This document shows positions 1 through 10,136 of a stretch of 64,000 nt of DNA, piece after piece (within the stretch, counting starts at the first letter, position 1; the number at the start of each line of letters is the position of its first letter). A program made the translations under genes and the position numbers. Origin of the DNA: an uncultured Gemmatimonadales bacterium (GTDB lineage: Bacteria > Gemmatimonadota > Gemmatimonadetes > Longimicrobiales > Gaopeijiaceae); NCBI GenBank assembly GCA_963823035.1, contig CAWGKG010000004.1:160001-224000 (forward strand), written 5' to 3'. Under the pieces are notes generated by a model. That model was given only the letters and a program-made list of their open reading frames with translations. It ran no database searches and was not told where the DNA came from.

Positions 1-130
1 CGAGGAGGAGCGCGGCGAGCGCCGCCGCGGGCGGGCCGGCCCGGAGGGCGAGGGTCGAGCGGAAGGTCGGTCGTCGGCACGTCAGCGCTCCGGGAGGGTG
101 GGGGGCCGGCTCGGGCGCCAATGTGCGCGC

Positions 131-156
131 GGAACCCGCGCGGCGTCCACCCCGTC
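131..156 (+). promoter_or_regulatory. Putative ECF-sigma promoter (GGAACC-N16-CGTC) upstream of soxC
   Basis: GGAACC at 131-136, 16-nt spacer, CGTC at 153-156. The same architecture occurs at 28207 and 31416. Confidence 0.45.
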
Positions 157-236
157 CGACCGTGCGCTCTGGCCGGAGCGTGCGCGCCGGCCCACGTTGC
201 TGCCCGCCCCCGAACCCCTGCCCAGGAGGTCGTTCC

Positions 237-1510
237 ATGAGTCGATCGGAGGAAGACCCGCCGCGGCCTCTCTCGGCGTGCGTGGCTGGCCGGCGCGTCC
301 GGCGCGGTGGCCGCAGGACTGGTGAGGACGCGGTTCGACGCGGTCGACCTCCTCGCGCAGGAGGCTCGCCCGACACGGGCCGCCGCGCCCGCGCCCTCGA
401 CCGGCGCCGTGGTCTCGGAGCTCGGTGCGCGGGCCCCGGGCGAGCGGCTGCGACGCCTCGCCGGCGCCCCCGTCCCCGCATCCAGCTCCCGGACGCCGAT
501 CCACCTCCTCGACGGGATCCTGACGCCGGCGGACCTCCACTTCGAGCGCCATCACGGAGGGCGTGCCGGCCGTGACGGCCGAGGACTACGAGCTGCTGAT
601 CCACGGGATGGTGGATCGACCCACGGTCTTCCGGCTGGCGGATCTGAAGCGATACCCGGCGGTGTCGCGCCTCGCCTTCCTCGAGTGCTCGGGCAACGGC
701 GGGGCGGGGTACGCCCCGAACGCGCCGGGCGAGCTGACGCCGCAGCAGATCGACGGGCTGCTGAGCACCAGCGAGTGGATCGGGGTCCCGGTCGCCACCC
801 TGCTGCGCGAGGTGGGGGTACGGCCGGGCGCGTCCTGGCTGCTGGCGGAGGGTGGGGACGCCTCGCACCTGGCGCGCAGCGTCCCGCTCGACAAGGCGAT
901 GGACGACGCGCTCCTCGCCTGGGGCCAGAACGGGGAGGCGCTGCGGCCGGAGCAGGGGTACCCGGCTCGTCTCTTCCTCCCCGGGTGGGAGGGGAACACG
1001 AACGTGAAGTGGATCCGGCGCATCGAGGTCACGGACCGGCCGACGATGACGCGCGAGGAGACGTCGAAGTACACCGATCCGCTCGACGACGGCACGGCGC
1101 GCCAGTTCAGCTTCGTGATGGACGCCAAGTCCGTCATCACCTTCCCGGCCTACCCGTTCGCGCTCCCGGAGCGCGGGTGGTGGGAGGTGCGGGGGCTGGC
1201 GTGGAGTGGGCGCGGCCGGGTCACCCGCGTCGATGTGAGCACCGACGGAGGGCGAACGTGGACGCGGGCGCGGCTCCAGGAGCCCGTCCTGCCGAAGTGC
1301 ACCGTACGCTTCCGTCATCTGTGGGCGTGGGACGGGCGCGACGCGGTGCTCATGAGCCGCGCCGTGGACGAGACCGGCTACACGCAGCCGACCTACCGGC
1401 AGCTCGTGGCCGCGCGCGGCGCCCGTACCTCCTACCATCAGAACAACATTCGGCCGTGGAAGGTCGCCCGCGACGGGACGGTGACGTTCGCGCTGGGAGA
1501 CACGTTGTGA
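237..1510 (+). CDS. soxC: Sulfite-oxidase-family molybdopterin subunit SoxC (Tat-exported), with 2 apparent frameshifts
   Basis: SD AGGAGG before ATG 237. Tat-like SRRAWL after a shift near 270; RTPIHLLDGILTPADLHFERHHGG; shift near 560 into ORF 563-1510 with ECSGNG (Mo-ligand Cys), LRPEQGYPARL and GWEGNTNVKW. Confidence 0.85.
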
Positions 1511-2115
1511 GGGCGCCGTGGTGGGCCGCGCTGGCCGCGCCGGCCGCCGTGGTGCTCGCGGGATGCGCGCCGCCCGATCCGCTTCCCGAGAGGGTCACCG
1601 CTGAAGTCGCGGTCGTCGCGAGACCCGAGCCCGGCCCCGCACGCTTCGGGTTCGGCCGCTCGGCGGACGCTGCGCGGGTTGCGCGGTGGGACATCGACGT
1701 CCGCCCGGACGGCACCGGCCTTCCAGCGGGGAAGGGGACGGTGGCCCGCGGCCACGAGGTCTTTCTGACGCGGTGCGCGGCCTGTCACGGTCCGACCGGC
1801 GCCGAGGGCCCGTACGACGTCCTCGTCGGGGGTCCCGCGTGGGGCTCGCGTGGCCCGCCCCGACCCCGCACGATCGGCAACTACTGGCCCTGGGCCACCA
1901 CCCTCTTCGACTACGTTCGCCGGGCGATGCCACAGAACGCGCCGGGCTCCCTCTCGGCCGACGACACCTACGCGGTGATCGCGTGGCTGCTGGCGCGGAA
2001 CGGCGTGGTGGCCGACGACGCGGTCCTGGACGCCTCCACCCTTCCGGCGGTGGTCATGCCGGCACGCGGGCGCTTCGTGCCGGACGACCGGAGGGGTGGG
2101 CCGGAGGTGCGATAG
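1507..2115 (+). CDS. SoxD-like monoheme cytochrome c lipoprotein
   Basis: GTG overlaps the soxC stop (GTGA). Lipobox VLAGC, WDIDVRPDGTGLP, CAACH heme motif, TIGNYWPWATTLFDYVRRAMP. Confidence 0.85.
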   Translation: MRAPWWAALAAPAAVVLAGCAPPDPLPERVTAEVAVVARPEPGPARFGFGRSADAARVARWDIDVRPDGTGLPAGKGTVARGHEVFLTRCAACHGPTGAEGPYDVLVGGPAWGSRGPPRPRTIGNYWPWATTLFDYVRRAMPQNAPGSLSADDTYAVIAWLLARNGVVADDAVLDASTLPAVVMPARGRFVPDDRRGGPEVR

Positions 2116-2139
2116 TCGCGCGCGGGCACCGCGCCTCTC

Positions 2140-3603
2140 CTACCTTCCCATGACCGACGCGCGGTAGTCCAGCGGCGGGTCGCGGTCGCCCAGGAGCGGA
2201 CGGTACACGAAGTCGTCGCCACGGCGCTCCGCGAACTCCCTCCGGATCTCGGCGACCTTCGTGCCGTCCGTGAAGAGGTCCACGGCGCTGAAGGCCAGCG
2301 TCTTGGCCGCGACCATCATCCCCTTCTCGCCGATGGAGGTGCCGCCCGCCGCGATCGCCTGCCAGGAGTGGGCGGCCGTGCCCGGCACCCACGTGGCCGC
2401 CGACAGCGTACTGGTGGGGACCTTCCAGCTCACGTCGCCCGCGTCGGACGAGGCGTACGTCCGCTCCCACTCGAACGGCCGGATCTCGGCGGCCGTGGAG
2501 ATGGCGGGGTCCTTCGGGAGGTGCTGCTTGAGCAGCTCGGCGAAGTGCTGCTCCTTCGCGTCGTAGTGGACGCCGCCCACCTCCTGCAGGTTGTCGTAGA
2601 CGAGCTGCTGGAGGGCGACCACGGGGAGCCTCGAGTAGGCGCCACCGATCACCTCGTACTCCATCGTCGTGCCGGTGCCGGCCGCGGCGCCCTCGCCCGC
2701 CTTCACCAGCCGGTCGAAGATCGAGCGCACGACCTCGGGGTCGGGGTGGCGCACGTAGTAGTAGACCTCGGCGAAGTCGGGCACGACGTTCGGCGCGCTC
2801 CCGCCCGAGGTGATGACGTAGTGGATGCGCGTCTCCTGCGGCACGTGCTCGCGCATGAGGTTGGCCATGAAGTCCATCGCCTCGACCGCGTCGAGCGCGG
2901 AGCGGCCGCGGTCCGGGGCCGCCGCCGCGTGGGCGGACACGCCCTTGAAGCGGAACTTCGCCGACTTCACCGCGAGGTTCGAGCCCGGGCTGGCGCCGTT
3001 GCCGTCCCCCGGGTGCCAGGAGAGCACGACGTCCACGTCGTCGAAGAGCCCGGCGCGCACCATGTAGACCTTGCCCGAGCCACCCTCTTCGGCCGGCGTC
3101 CCGTACAGCCGGATCGTGCCGGCATGCCCCGTCTGCTTCAGCCACTCGGCGGCGGCGATCGCGGCGGCCGAGGAGGCGGTGCCGAAGAGGTGGTGTCCGC
3201 ATGCGTGCCCGGCGGGCTTCCCCTCGATGGGGCTCCGCTCCGGCACGCGGTCCTGGTTGATTCCGGGGAGGGCATCGAACTCCCCGAGGAGGCCGATCAC
3301 CGGCTTGCCGCTGCCGTACGTGGCGACGAACGCGGTCGGGATGCCGGCCACGCCGCGCTGGACCGTGAAACCGTGCGCCTCCAATTCGCCGGAGAGGAGC
3401 GCCGAGCTTTCCGTCTCCAGGTAGCCCACCTCGGCCAGGTCCCAGATCTTCATGGCGATGTCGTTGAACTCCTGCGTGCGCGCGTCCAGGAAGGACGCGA
3501 CGTCCGCCTTGGTCATCTGCGCGGCGAGTGGGGCGGCTGCGAGCAGCGGTAGCGCGGCGGCGAGCGCGCGCGGGAGGGTCCTGGCGAGGCGGGGGCGGGG
3601 CAT
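2140..3603 (-). CDS. Secreted M20-family amidohydrolase (AbgB-like)
   Basis: Signal peptide; EFDALPG, GHACGHHLFG, GTPAEEGGSGK, WHP, SSDAGDVSW. Confidence 0.85.
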   Translation of the reverse strand: MPRPRLARTLPRALAAALPLLAAAPLAAQMTKADVASFLDARTQEFNDIAMKIWDLAEVGYLETESSALLSGELEAHGFTVQRGVAGIPTAFVATYGSGKPVIGLLGEFDALPGINQDRVPERSPIEGKPAGHACGHHLFGTASSAAAIAAAEWLKQTGHAGTIRLYGTPAEEGGSGKVYMVRAGLFDDVDVVLSWHPGDGNGASPGSNLAVKSAKFRFKGVSAHAAAAPDRGRSALDAVEAMDFMANLMREHVPQETRIHYVITSGGSAPNVVPDFAEVYYYVRHPDPEVVRSIFDRLVKAGEGAAAGTGTTMEYEVIGGAYSRLPVVALQQLVYDNLQEVGGVHYDAKEQHFAELLKQHLPKDPAISTAAEIRPFEWERTYASSDAGDVSWKVPTSTLSAATWVPGTAAHSWQAIAAGGTSIGEKGMMVAAKTLAFSAVDLFTDGTKVAEIRREFAERRGDDFVYRPLLGDRDPPLDYRASVMGR

Positions 3604-3700
3604 GGTCGGCTCCTGAGGGATGTGCTTCCTTCCATGTGGAGCCCCGGGGGGCGTGCGTCAAGCGCCGCCGGGGAGAGACGACCAGCAGGGGGACGCATCC

Positions 3701-3979
3701 ATGAAGGCCACCGGCGACATCCAGGTGATCCCGATCGGCGTGGGCGTGTCCGTCCGCAAGGAAGTGCAGCGGGCGCACGCCATCCTGGAGGAAGCGGGCA
3801 TCCACGCCCAACTCCACCCGAACGGCACGAACGTGGAGGGGGAGCTCGATGACATCTTCGACGCGATCCGGCGCGTCCACGAGACACTGCACGCCGAGGG
3901 CACCGTGCGGCTGGCGACGTGGATCAAGATCGGAACGCGGACCGACAAGGAGGCGTCGCTGGCCGCGAAGATGTTCTAG
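3701..3979 (+). CDS. MTH1187/YkoF-like thiamine-binding family protein
   Basis: 92 aa; IQVIPIGVGVSV, LHPNGTNVEGELDDIF, IKIGTRTDK. Confidence 0.85.
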   Translation: MKATGDIQVIPIGVGVSVRKEVQRAHAILEEAGIHAQLHPNGTNVEGELDDIFDAIRRVHETLHAEGTVRLATWIKIGTRTDKEASLAAKMF

Positions 3980-4011
3980 AGAGACCCGCGGCTGGCGCGT
4001 AGCTGTCGCCC

Positions 4012-4799
4012 ATGGCAAGTCCGGACGCCCCCCTGCATCACGACCTCGGCGACCGCGTGCGTCGCCGTTTCAGGCGCGCGGATCTCGAGGGCGTGCTCCC
4101 CTACCTCGTGGTGGGCGTGCTTGTTGGCGATCGCCATCGTCGCGCTCGGCCGGGACATCGAGCACCACCTCGACGCCATCGAGGCGTGGGTGGCGGCGCG
4201 GGGCCCGTGGGGTGTGATCGCGTTCATGGGCCTCTTCGTCGCGCTGACTTCGGCGCTGTTTCCCGAGTCCGCGCTCTCCATCGTCGCGGGGGCCCTCTTC
4301 GGGCTCACCGAAGGGCTGGCGGCCGTCGTCGTCGCGAGCCTCCTGGCGGCGGCGCTCCAGTTCGGCCTGTCGCGGAGCCTTCTGCGGGACCGGATCCAGC
4401 GGGCGCTGGCTGCGCGGCCGTCACTGGCCGCGATCCAGCGCGCCGCGCTCAGGGACGAGGTGAAGCTCCAGACGCTCCTCCGCCTGACGCCGCTGAGTCC
4501 CGCCTGGATCAGCTACGCGATGGGTGCCGCCGGCGTGCGCTTCTCCGGGTTCCTCCTGGCGTGCGTCGCGTTCGTCCCTACCCTCTTCCCGGAGGTCTAT
4601 TTCGGGTACGCCGGTAAGCACGTGGCCCGGATCGCCGGCCGCAGCGCCCGGGCCGTGATCGTGCACGACGTGGTGGTCTTCGCTGGCCTCGCCGCCGTGT
4701 TTGGTCGTGATGATCCTGGTCTCGCGAATGGCCAGGAGAGCGGTAATCGAGGCGGTGGCCGCGACCGATGCAGGGCGGTCTACCGGTGCCGTGGGATGA
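4012..4799 (+). CDS. TVP38/TMEM64 (DedA/VTT) membrane protein, with 2 apparent frameshifts
   Basis: Hydrophobic; AGALFG, LLRLTPLSP..ISYAMG. Shifts near 4120 and 4700; TGA 4797-4799 overlaps the next ATG. Confidence 0.7.
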
Positions 4800-5673
4800 A
4801 CCCTCACGTCATCTCGACGTTCGTCCTCGGCACCCACTGGCTCATCGTCGTCGGGCTGTCCGTCCGGGTGATCATGCGCCGTCCTCCCGTGGGCGTCTCG
4901 GTCGCGTGGCTCGCGGTGGTCTTCAGCGTGCCCTTCGTGGGTGCGGCCGTCTACCTGCTCTTCGGCGAGAAGCGCATCGGCCCCGGGCGGTCCGCGCGGA
5001 TCGCCGCCAATCTCCCCGGCGTGGAGCGGTGGCAGACGGCGCTCCGCAAGGAGCACGAGCGGAGGCTTCCGGCGTCATGGCCGGTGCGGAGTCCCTTCAC
5101 CGACATGCGGAGCGGCTGCTCGGCTTCCCCGCCCTCACCGGCAACGAGATCGAGCTGCTGGAGGACTTCGGCACCGTCTTCGACAGGATGGTGGCCGACA
5201 TCGACGGCGCCGAGCGCACGTGCCACGTCTCGTTCTACATCTGGCACGAGGGTGGGCGCACCGCGGACGTCGTGGACGCCCTCGTCCGGGCCGCACGCCG
5301 AGGTGTGCAGTGCCGCGCGCTCGCGGACGCGATGGGCAGCGAAGCGTTCCTCGAGGGGGCGACCGTGCGACGCCTGCGCGAGGCGGGCGTGGAGCTCTCG
5401 GCCGCCCTCCCCACCGGCCCTCTCCGCACGCTCATCGCCCGGGCGGATCTACGGAACCACCGGAAGATCGTCGTCGTGGACGATCGCGTGGCCTACACGG
5501 GGAGCCAGAACCTGGTCGACCCACGGTTCTTCAAGCAGGAATCCGGCGTCGGGCAGTGGGTGGACGCGATGGCGCGCCTCACCGGCCCTGTCGATCCGGC
5601 GGTGTGGCGTCGACGCCCGGCGTGGCATCGCTTCGCGGAGAACTCGTTCCGGCTGCTGTCGCCGCTGCTGTAG
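4796..5673 (+). pseudogene. cls: Cardiolipin synthase with a large in-frame internal deletion (one HKD motif only)
   Basis: Two N-terminal TM helices (AWLAVVFSVPFVGAAVYLLFGE); shift near 5060; first PLD motif RNHRKIVVVD..AYTGSQN; then jumps directly to the Cls C-terminus WRRRPAWHRFAENSFRLLSPLL. Confidence 0.75.
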
Positions 5674-5739
5674 GTCGCACCGCCCCCCTTCGACGTGCGG
5701 GTGACCGGATCGGCGGCACCTCCCATGGGGTGAGGGTGC

Positions 5740-6672
5740 TCACGTCTTCGCCGTCGCGGGCTCGGACTCGATGGGCACGAGGAGCACGGGACAGTCCGTT
5801 CGCGCGACGCAGGCCGCGGCGAAGCTACCGGAGACGAGCCCGGCGACCCCGGCCTTCCGGTGTGTCCGTACGATCAGGAGCGCCGCGCCGGATCGGTTCA
5901 CCGAGGCGAGCGTCTCACCCACCGGGTCGCCTCTCGTCACGTCGACCACGACGTCGCCCACCACTTCCCGTAGCTCGTCCGCCAGCTCCTCCAGAAGGCC
6001 GTGCGCATCCCGCGCTTCCAGGTCGAGGAGCGCCGCTACCGCGGTAGGTGCCACGCGGGCCTCCGCTCTGCGTGGCTGGGGCAGGGTCCCGCGGGTAGGC
6101 ACCACGGTCAGAAGCCTGAGCTGCGCACGAAGGGCGCCACCGAGGCTCGTCACCAGGCGCAGAGCGCCTGAGCCAGCGAAGGCGGGGTCGATCGCCACCA
6201 CCCACGGTCGGTTGCCCAGCCTCCATCCGCCGTCGGGGGCCGGCGCGCGTACCAACAGCACCGGGCGCACGCAGCGCTTCAGGGTCTGCTGGGCGATGTT
6301 GCCAAGGAGGATGTCCCGCCATCCACCCGAGCCGTGCGCGCACAGGACGATGAGATCGGCTTGGATCTCCTCGGCGTGGCCGGCCAGCGCCTCGGCGACG
6401 TTCTTCACGCCGGGTCCGTGGGCGTGGATGTCGACGGGCGTCCCGCTGCGCCTGAGCTTCTCGGCCCATCCTTCGAGGTAGCTCCTGGCCTCCTCGAGGC
6501 CGGCGAGGTGCGGGTCGCCGTGCACGGTGTCGGGAGGGCGAGCCTCCAGGATGTGGAGGAACGTGATCGCCGCACCCCACGCCGCGGCGATCTCGACCGC
6601 CGCGGGGACGGCGGACTCCGCCAGACCGGATCCGTCCAGAGGCACGAGGATCCGCCGAGGAATCGTGGTCAT
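5740..6672 (-). CDS. Tandem-domain universal stress protein
   Basis: RILVPLDGSGLAE, ADLIVLCAHGSGG..LGNIA..PVLLV; second domain ends GSFA..CPVLLVP. Confidence 0.9.
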   Translation of the reverse strand: MTTIPRRILVPLDGSGLAESAVPAAVEIAAAWGAAITFLHILEARPPDTVHGDPHLAGLEEARSYLEGWAEKLRRSGTPVDIHAHGPGVKNVAEALAGHAEEIQADLIVLCAHGSGGWRDILLGNIAQQTLKRCVRPVLLVRAPAPDGGWRLGNRPWVVAIDPAFAGSGALRLVTSLGGALRAQLRLLTVVPTRGTLPQPRRAEARVAPTAVAALLDLEARDAHGLLEELADELREVVGDVVVDVTRGDPVGETLASVNRSGAALLIVRTHRKAGVAGLVSGSFAAACVARTDCPVLLVPIESEPATAKT

Positions 6673-7975
6673 CCGGACCCTCCGGAGAAGATGCTCACCA
6701 GCAGATAGGCGTTGAGGCCGAGGATCAGCACCGACACGGCCACCGACGCGGCGGTCGTGAGGGGGTGGTTCGTCAGCCCTCCCATGAGGGCCTTCCTCCG
6801 GGTGAAGAGGACGAGCGGGATCAAGGCGAAGGGAATGCCGAACGAGAGGAACACCTGGCTCAGGACCAGCGTGCGCGTGGGGTCGAGCCCGATGCCCAGG
6901 ACGATCAGCGCCGGGATCATGGTGACGGCACGACGGATCCAGACGGGGATGTGCCGATGCAGGAACCCTTGCATGATCATCTGGCCGGCCATGGTTCCGA
7001 CCGTCGACGACGCGAGCCCCGAAGCGATGAGGGCGATCGCGAAGGCCACGCCGGCCATGGGGCCGAGCAGCGGGGTGAGGGTCCGGTAGGCTTCCTCGAT
7101 CGAAGCTACTCCGGTGAGGCCCCGGGCGTGGAAGGTGGCGGCGGCCATGATGAGCATGGCGGCGTTGATGAGGCCGGCCAGACCCAGACCCAGCCCCACG
7201 TCCAGAAACTGGAAGCGGTACAGACGCCGGGCCTGACCGGGGACGTCGGCCGGATCCGGTGCTGGGTGAGGGAGGAGTGGAGGAAGATCACGTGCGGCAT
7301 CACGGTCGCGCCCAGCATGCCCACCGCCAGCACCACGCTTCCTTCCCCTCGAAGCGTGGCACCGTCGCCCCGTAAGAGCGCGGCCCAGTCGTGCTGCTCC
7401 AGCAGCGTCTCGATCAGGTAGCTGAGGGCGATGACGCCGACCATGGCCGTGATGACGGCTTCCAGGGGCCGGAATCCGGAGCGCTGAAGGCCGAGAATGA
7501 GGAACGTGGCCACACCCGTGAGCAGGGCGGCCGGAAAGAGAGGGATTCCGAACAGGAGGTTGAATCCCACGGCGGCGCCCACGAACTCGGCCAGGTCCGT
7601 GGCCATCGCGACCAGCTCCGCCACCACCCACATACCCCAGACCACGGGTCGCGAGAAGCTGTCCCGGCAGACTTCGGCCAGGTTGCGGCCGGTGGCGATC
7701 CCCAGCTTCGCCGACAGGAGCTGGATGAGCATGGCCATCAGGTTGCTGGCCACGATCACCCAGAGGAGCAGATACCCGAACTCAGCCCCGCCCTGGACGT
7801 TGGTGCGAAGTTCCCCGGGTCGACGTAGGCGCGGAGGCCAGAACGCGGGCCCGAGGAACGGCGTGAACCGTCGGTACCATGCCACGTCGCCGCCCCCGGC
7901 CAACACCTGGGCGGCGCGCGCGACGGCTTCGGCGTCGCTGGCTCCAGGCTCGTGCTTCAAGGGGGCGGCCCCCAC
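6669..7975 (-). CDS. mntH: Nramp-family Mn2+/Fe2+ transporter MntH, frameshifted
   Basis: LGPAF, YVDPGNF (adjacent frame), [50 protein letters not shown]. Shifts near 7830 and 7230. Confidence 0.85.
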
Positions 7976-8806
7976 CTACGTCCGCAGGGCCTTCAATCGA
8001 GCGATCCGCTCCTCGAGGGGGATGCGTGCTCATCAGCCGCCTCAGTCCGCCGCCGTGGATGCCGAAGGCGGCCAGCCCCCCCGGTAGTTGCGCCGGCGTC
8101 CTGCTGAGGGCCCGGAGTCGGTCGAGGGCAGAGACCATCGACGGCACGCCCTCCAACCGAGCGCCGCCTGCGTCCGCGCGGAATTCGCGCCTGCGTGAGA
8201 ACCACGCGAGGACGATGCTCGCCAGCATGCCGAAAACCACCTGGAGAGCGAGATAGATCAGGAAACGCCCCCGCCTGAACTGGCTCGCGACGACACGGGA
8301 GGCGAAGAGCACGAAGGTGTTGAGCACCCCCTGGATGAGCGTGAGCGTGACCATGTCCCCGTTGGCCACATGCGTCATCTCGTGGCCGAGCACGGCCTCG
8401 ATCTGATCACGGCTCATCGACTGCAGGAGTCCGGTGCTCACCGCCACCAGGGCGTTGTTGCGGGACATGCCGGTGGCGAACGCGTTCGCGTCCGGTGAGG
8501 GGAACACCGCGACCTTGGGTATCCCGACACCCGCCGCGGCCGCCTGGCGCCGGACCGTGTCCAGCAGCCAACCCAGGTCGCCGGCGGGCGCGGCGATGAC
8601 GCGGGCGCCGGTCGAGCGCTTCGCGATCCACTTGGACATCGCGAGGGAGATGAACGCCCGCCGAACCCGAAGAGCGCGCACCAGACGAGCAACTGGACGT
8701 AGGGAGCGTTCTGGGGGATCACGCCGAGGGCGGTGAGCACCGCCATGGCCACGGCGGCCGTGACCAACACAGCGAGGTTGGTGGCCAGGAAGAGCAGGAT
8801 TCTCAT
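7976..8806 (-). CDS. htpX: Zinc metalloprotease HtpX, frameshifted
   Basis: MRILLFLATNLAV, FISLAMSKW, NAFATG, HEMTHVANGDMVT, SRRREFRAD, STHPP. Shifts near 8660 and 8020. Confidence 0.9.
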
Positions 8807-8950
8807 GCGGACACTCTCCGAGGCAAGAGATGCGTGAGGGCCGTGTCGCGGCCCGGCGCGCCTGATTTCGAATTGAGGCCAAGGATGGGGATTGTCCGCG
8901 CGTCTGCCAATGCACGTGCGCCGACGCACGGCGCCGCCGACTCGGCTGCC

Positions 8951-9280
8951 CTAGAGCCACCCCTTGCGTCGGAAGAACAGCATCTGGAGCGTCGCCGTGA
9001 CCACCAGGATCACACAGACGACGATGAACGCCCAGTGGCTGTTTACCCCCGGGATGCTCCGACGTTGATGCCGAGCAACCCGGTGAGGAGTCCGAGGGGG
9101 AGGAAGATGCCGGCCACCATCGACAGGACGTACATCGTCTTGTTCATCTGCTCCGAGAGGCGCCAGTTCAGCTCGTCCTGGGCCACGGCGGCCCGGCCCG
9201 GTCGTGAGTCGAGGTCCTTCATGAAGCGCAGCGTCCGGTCACCGATCTCGCGGAGGTGGGCACGATCGGGCCGCCCCCGA
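8951..9280 (-). pseudogene. C-terminal remnant of a ZntB/CorA-family transporter
   Basis: LREIGDR..QDEL..MNKTMYVLSMVAGIFLPLGLLTGLLGINVG (GIN signature) followed by the last TM helix. No recognisable N-terminal domain upstream. Confidence 0.7.
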
Positions 9281-9477
9281 CGCGTTCCGGGTCCGGCCGA
9301 CGCACGTCGGGACCGTGCCCACGTTCTCCCTTGGTAGAAGCCTGTCCCCGGCATCGTAGAGAGGGGCGAGTGGGGTGGGTGTCCGCGACGGATCGGTCCG
9401 GCGTCACCGGCCCCGACGTGGCGCGACGGGGTAGACCGACGGTGGAGCTGCCCTGGACCGGGGAGCGGGAGGACAGG

Positions 9478-10120
9478 ATGAGGACTCGGAGGCGGAGCAC
9501 GGGGACGACGTGACTCGCGAGATCGCCCGTTCCCACGACGCTCGTCGGATTCGTGGCCACGCTCTTGTTCGGTGTCTCCTCGAAGGCGGGGGCCCAGACG
9601 CTCCTCGACAGCGTGGCCGGGCTCACCGTCCAGGGATCCAGCTTCGAGCATGCGCTTCAGCTCCTCAGCCGTTCGGACAGCGTGTCCCTGGTCAACAGCC
9701 CCGCCCTTCTTCCCCGTCACAGGCTCGTGGCTCGCGGCACGCCCGCGCAACCGTCGGCGAAGCCCTGCAGCGCATCCTCCGGGGCACGGGGCTGACGTTC
9801 CGGGCCGGCACCACCAACGTCCGCATCGTTCCGGCGCGAAGCGGCGCCGCTCCGGAAGCGGCGGGTACCATCGTCGGACGGGTGGTCGGTGGGGACGACG
9901 AGCCCGTGGTGAACGTCGTGGTCCAGTTGGACGAGGGCCGGAGCGTCCTTTTTCGGGCCCCGACGGATCGTTGCGGTTCCCGGCGGTGCCCGCAGGCACG
10001 CACCGCCTTCGTTCGACATCCATGGGCTGGGCGGAGAGCGTGCTGGAAGGCGTCAGGTGCTGAACGCCGGGACGAGGGGCCCTTGGCTTCCGCTGCGAGT
10101 TCTGAGGGTAACGTGTGACC
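9478..10120 (+). pseudogene. N-terminal remnant of a TonB-dependent receptor (signal, STN-like and carboxypeptidase-regulatory-like domains)
   Basis: In-frame TGA at 9511. FEHALQLL..SPALLP, TVGEALQRILRGTGLTF, GTIVGRVV..EPVVNVVV, DGSLRFPAVPAGTHRL spread over three frames; no beta-barrel follows. Confidence 0.6.
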
Positions 10121-10136
10121 AGGAAGGGAAGGACGC

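Noticed and set aside
1..90. Possible start of a minus-strand gene with a signal peptide running off the left edge
   Set aside because: Too short, and no clear in-frame start codon.
4121..5704. TVP38-cardiolipin synthase fusion ORF
   Set aside because: An ATGA overlap at 4796-4799 indicates two genes joined by an indel near 4700.
8880..8912. Possible heat-shock promoter (TTGGCA..CCCCAT) upstream of htpX
   Set aside because: The -35 match to the sigma32 consensus is weak and the presence of RpoH is unknown.
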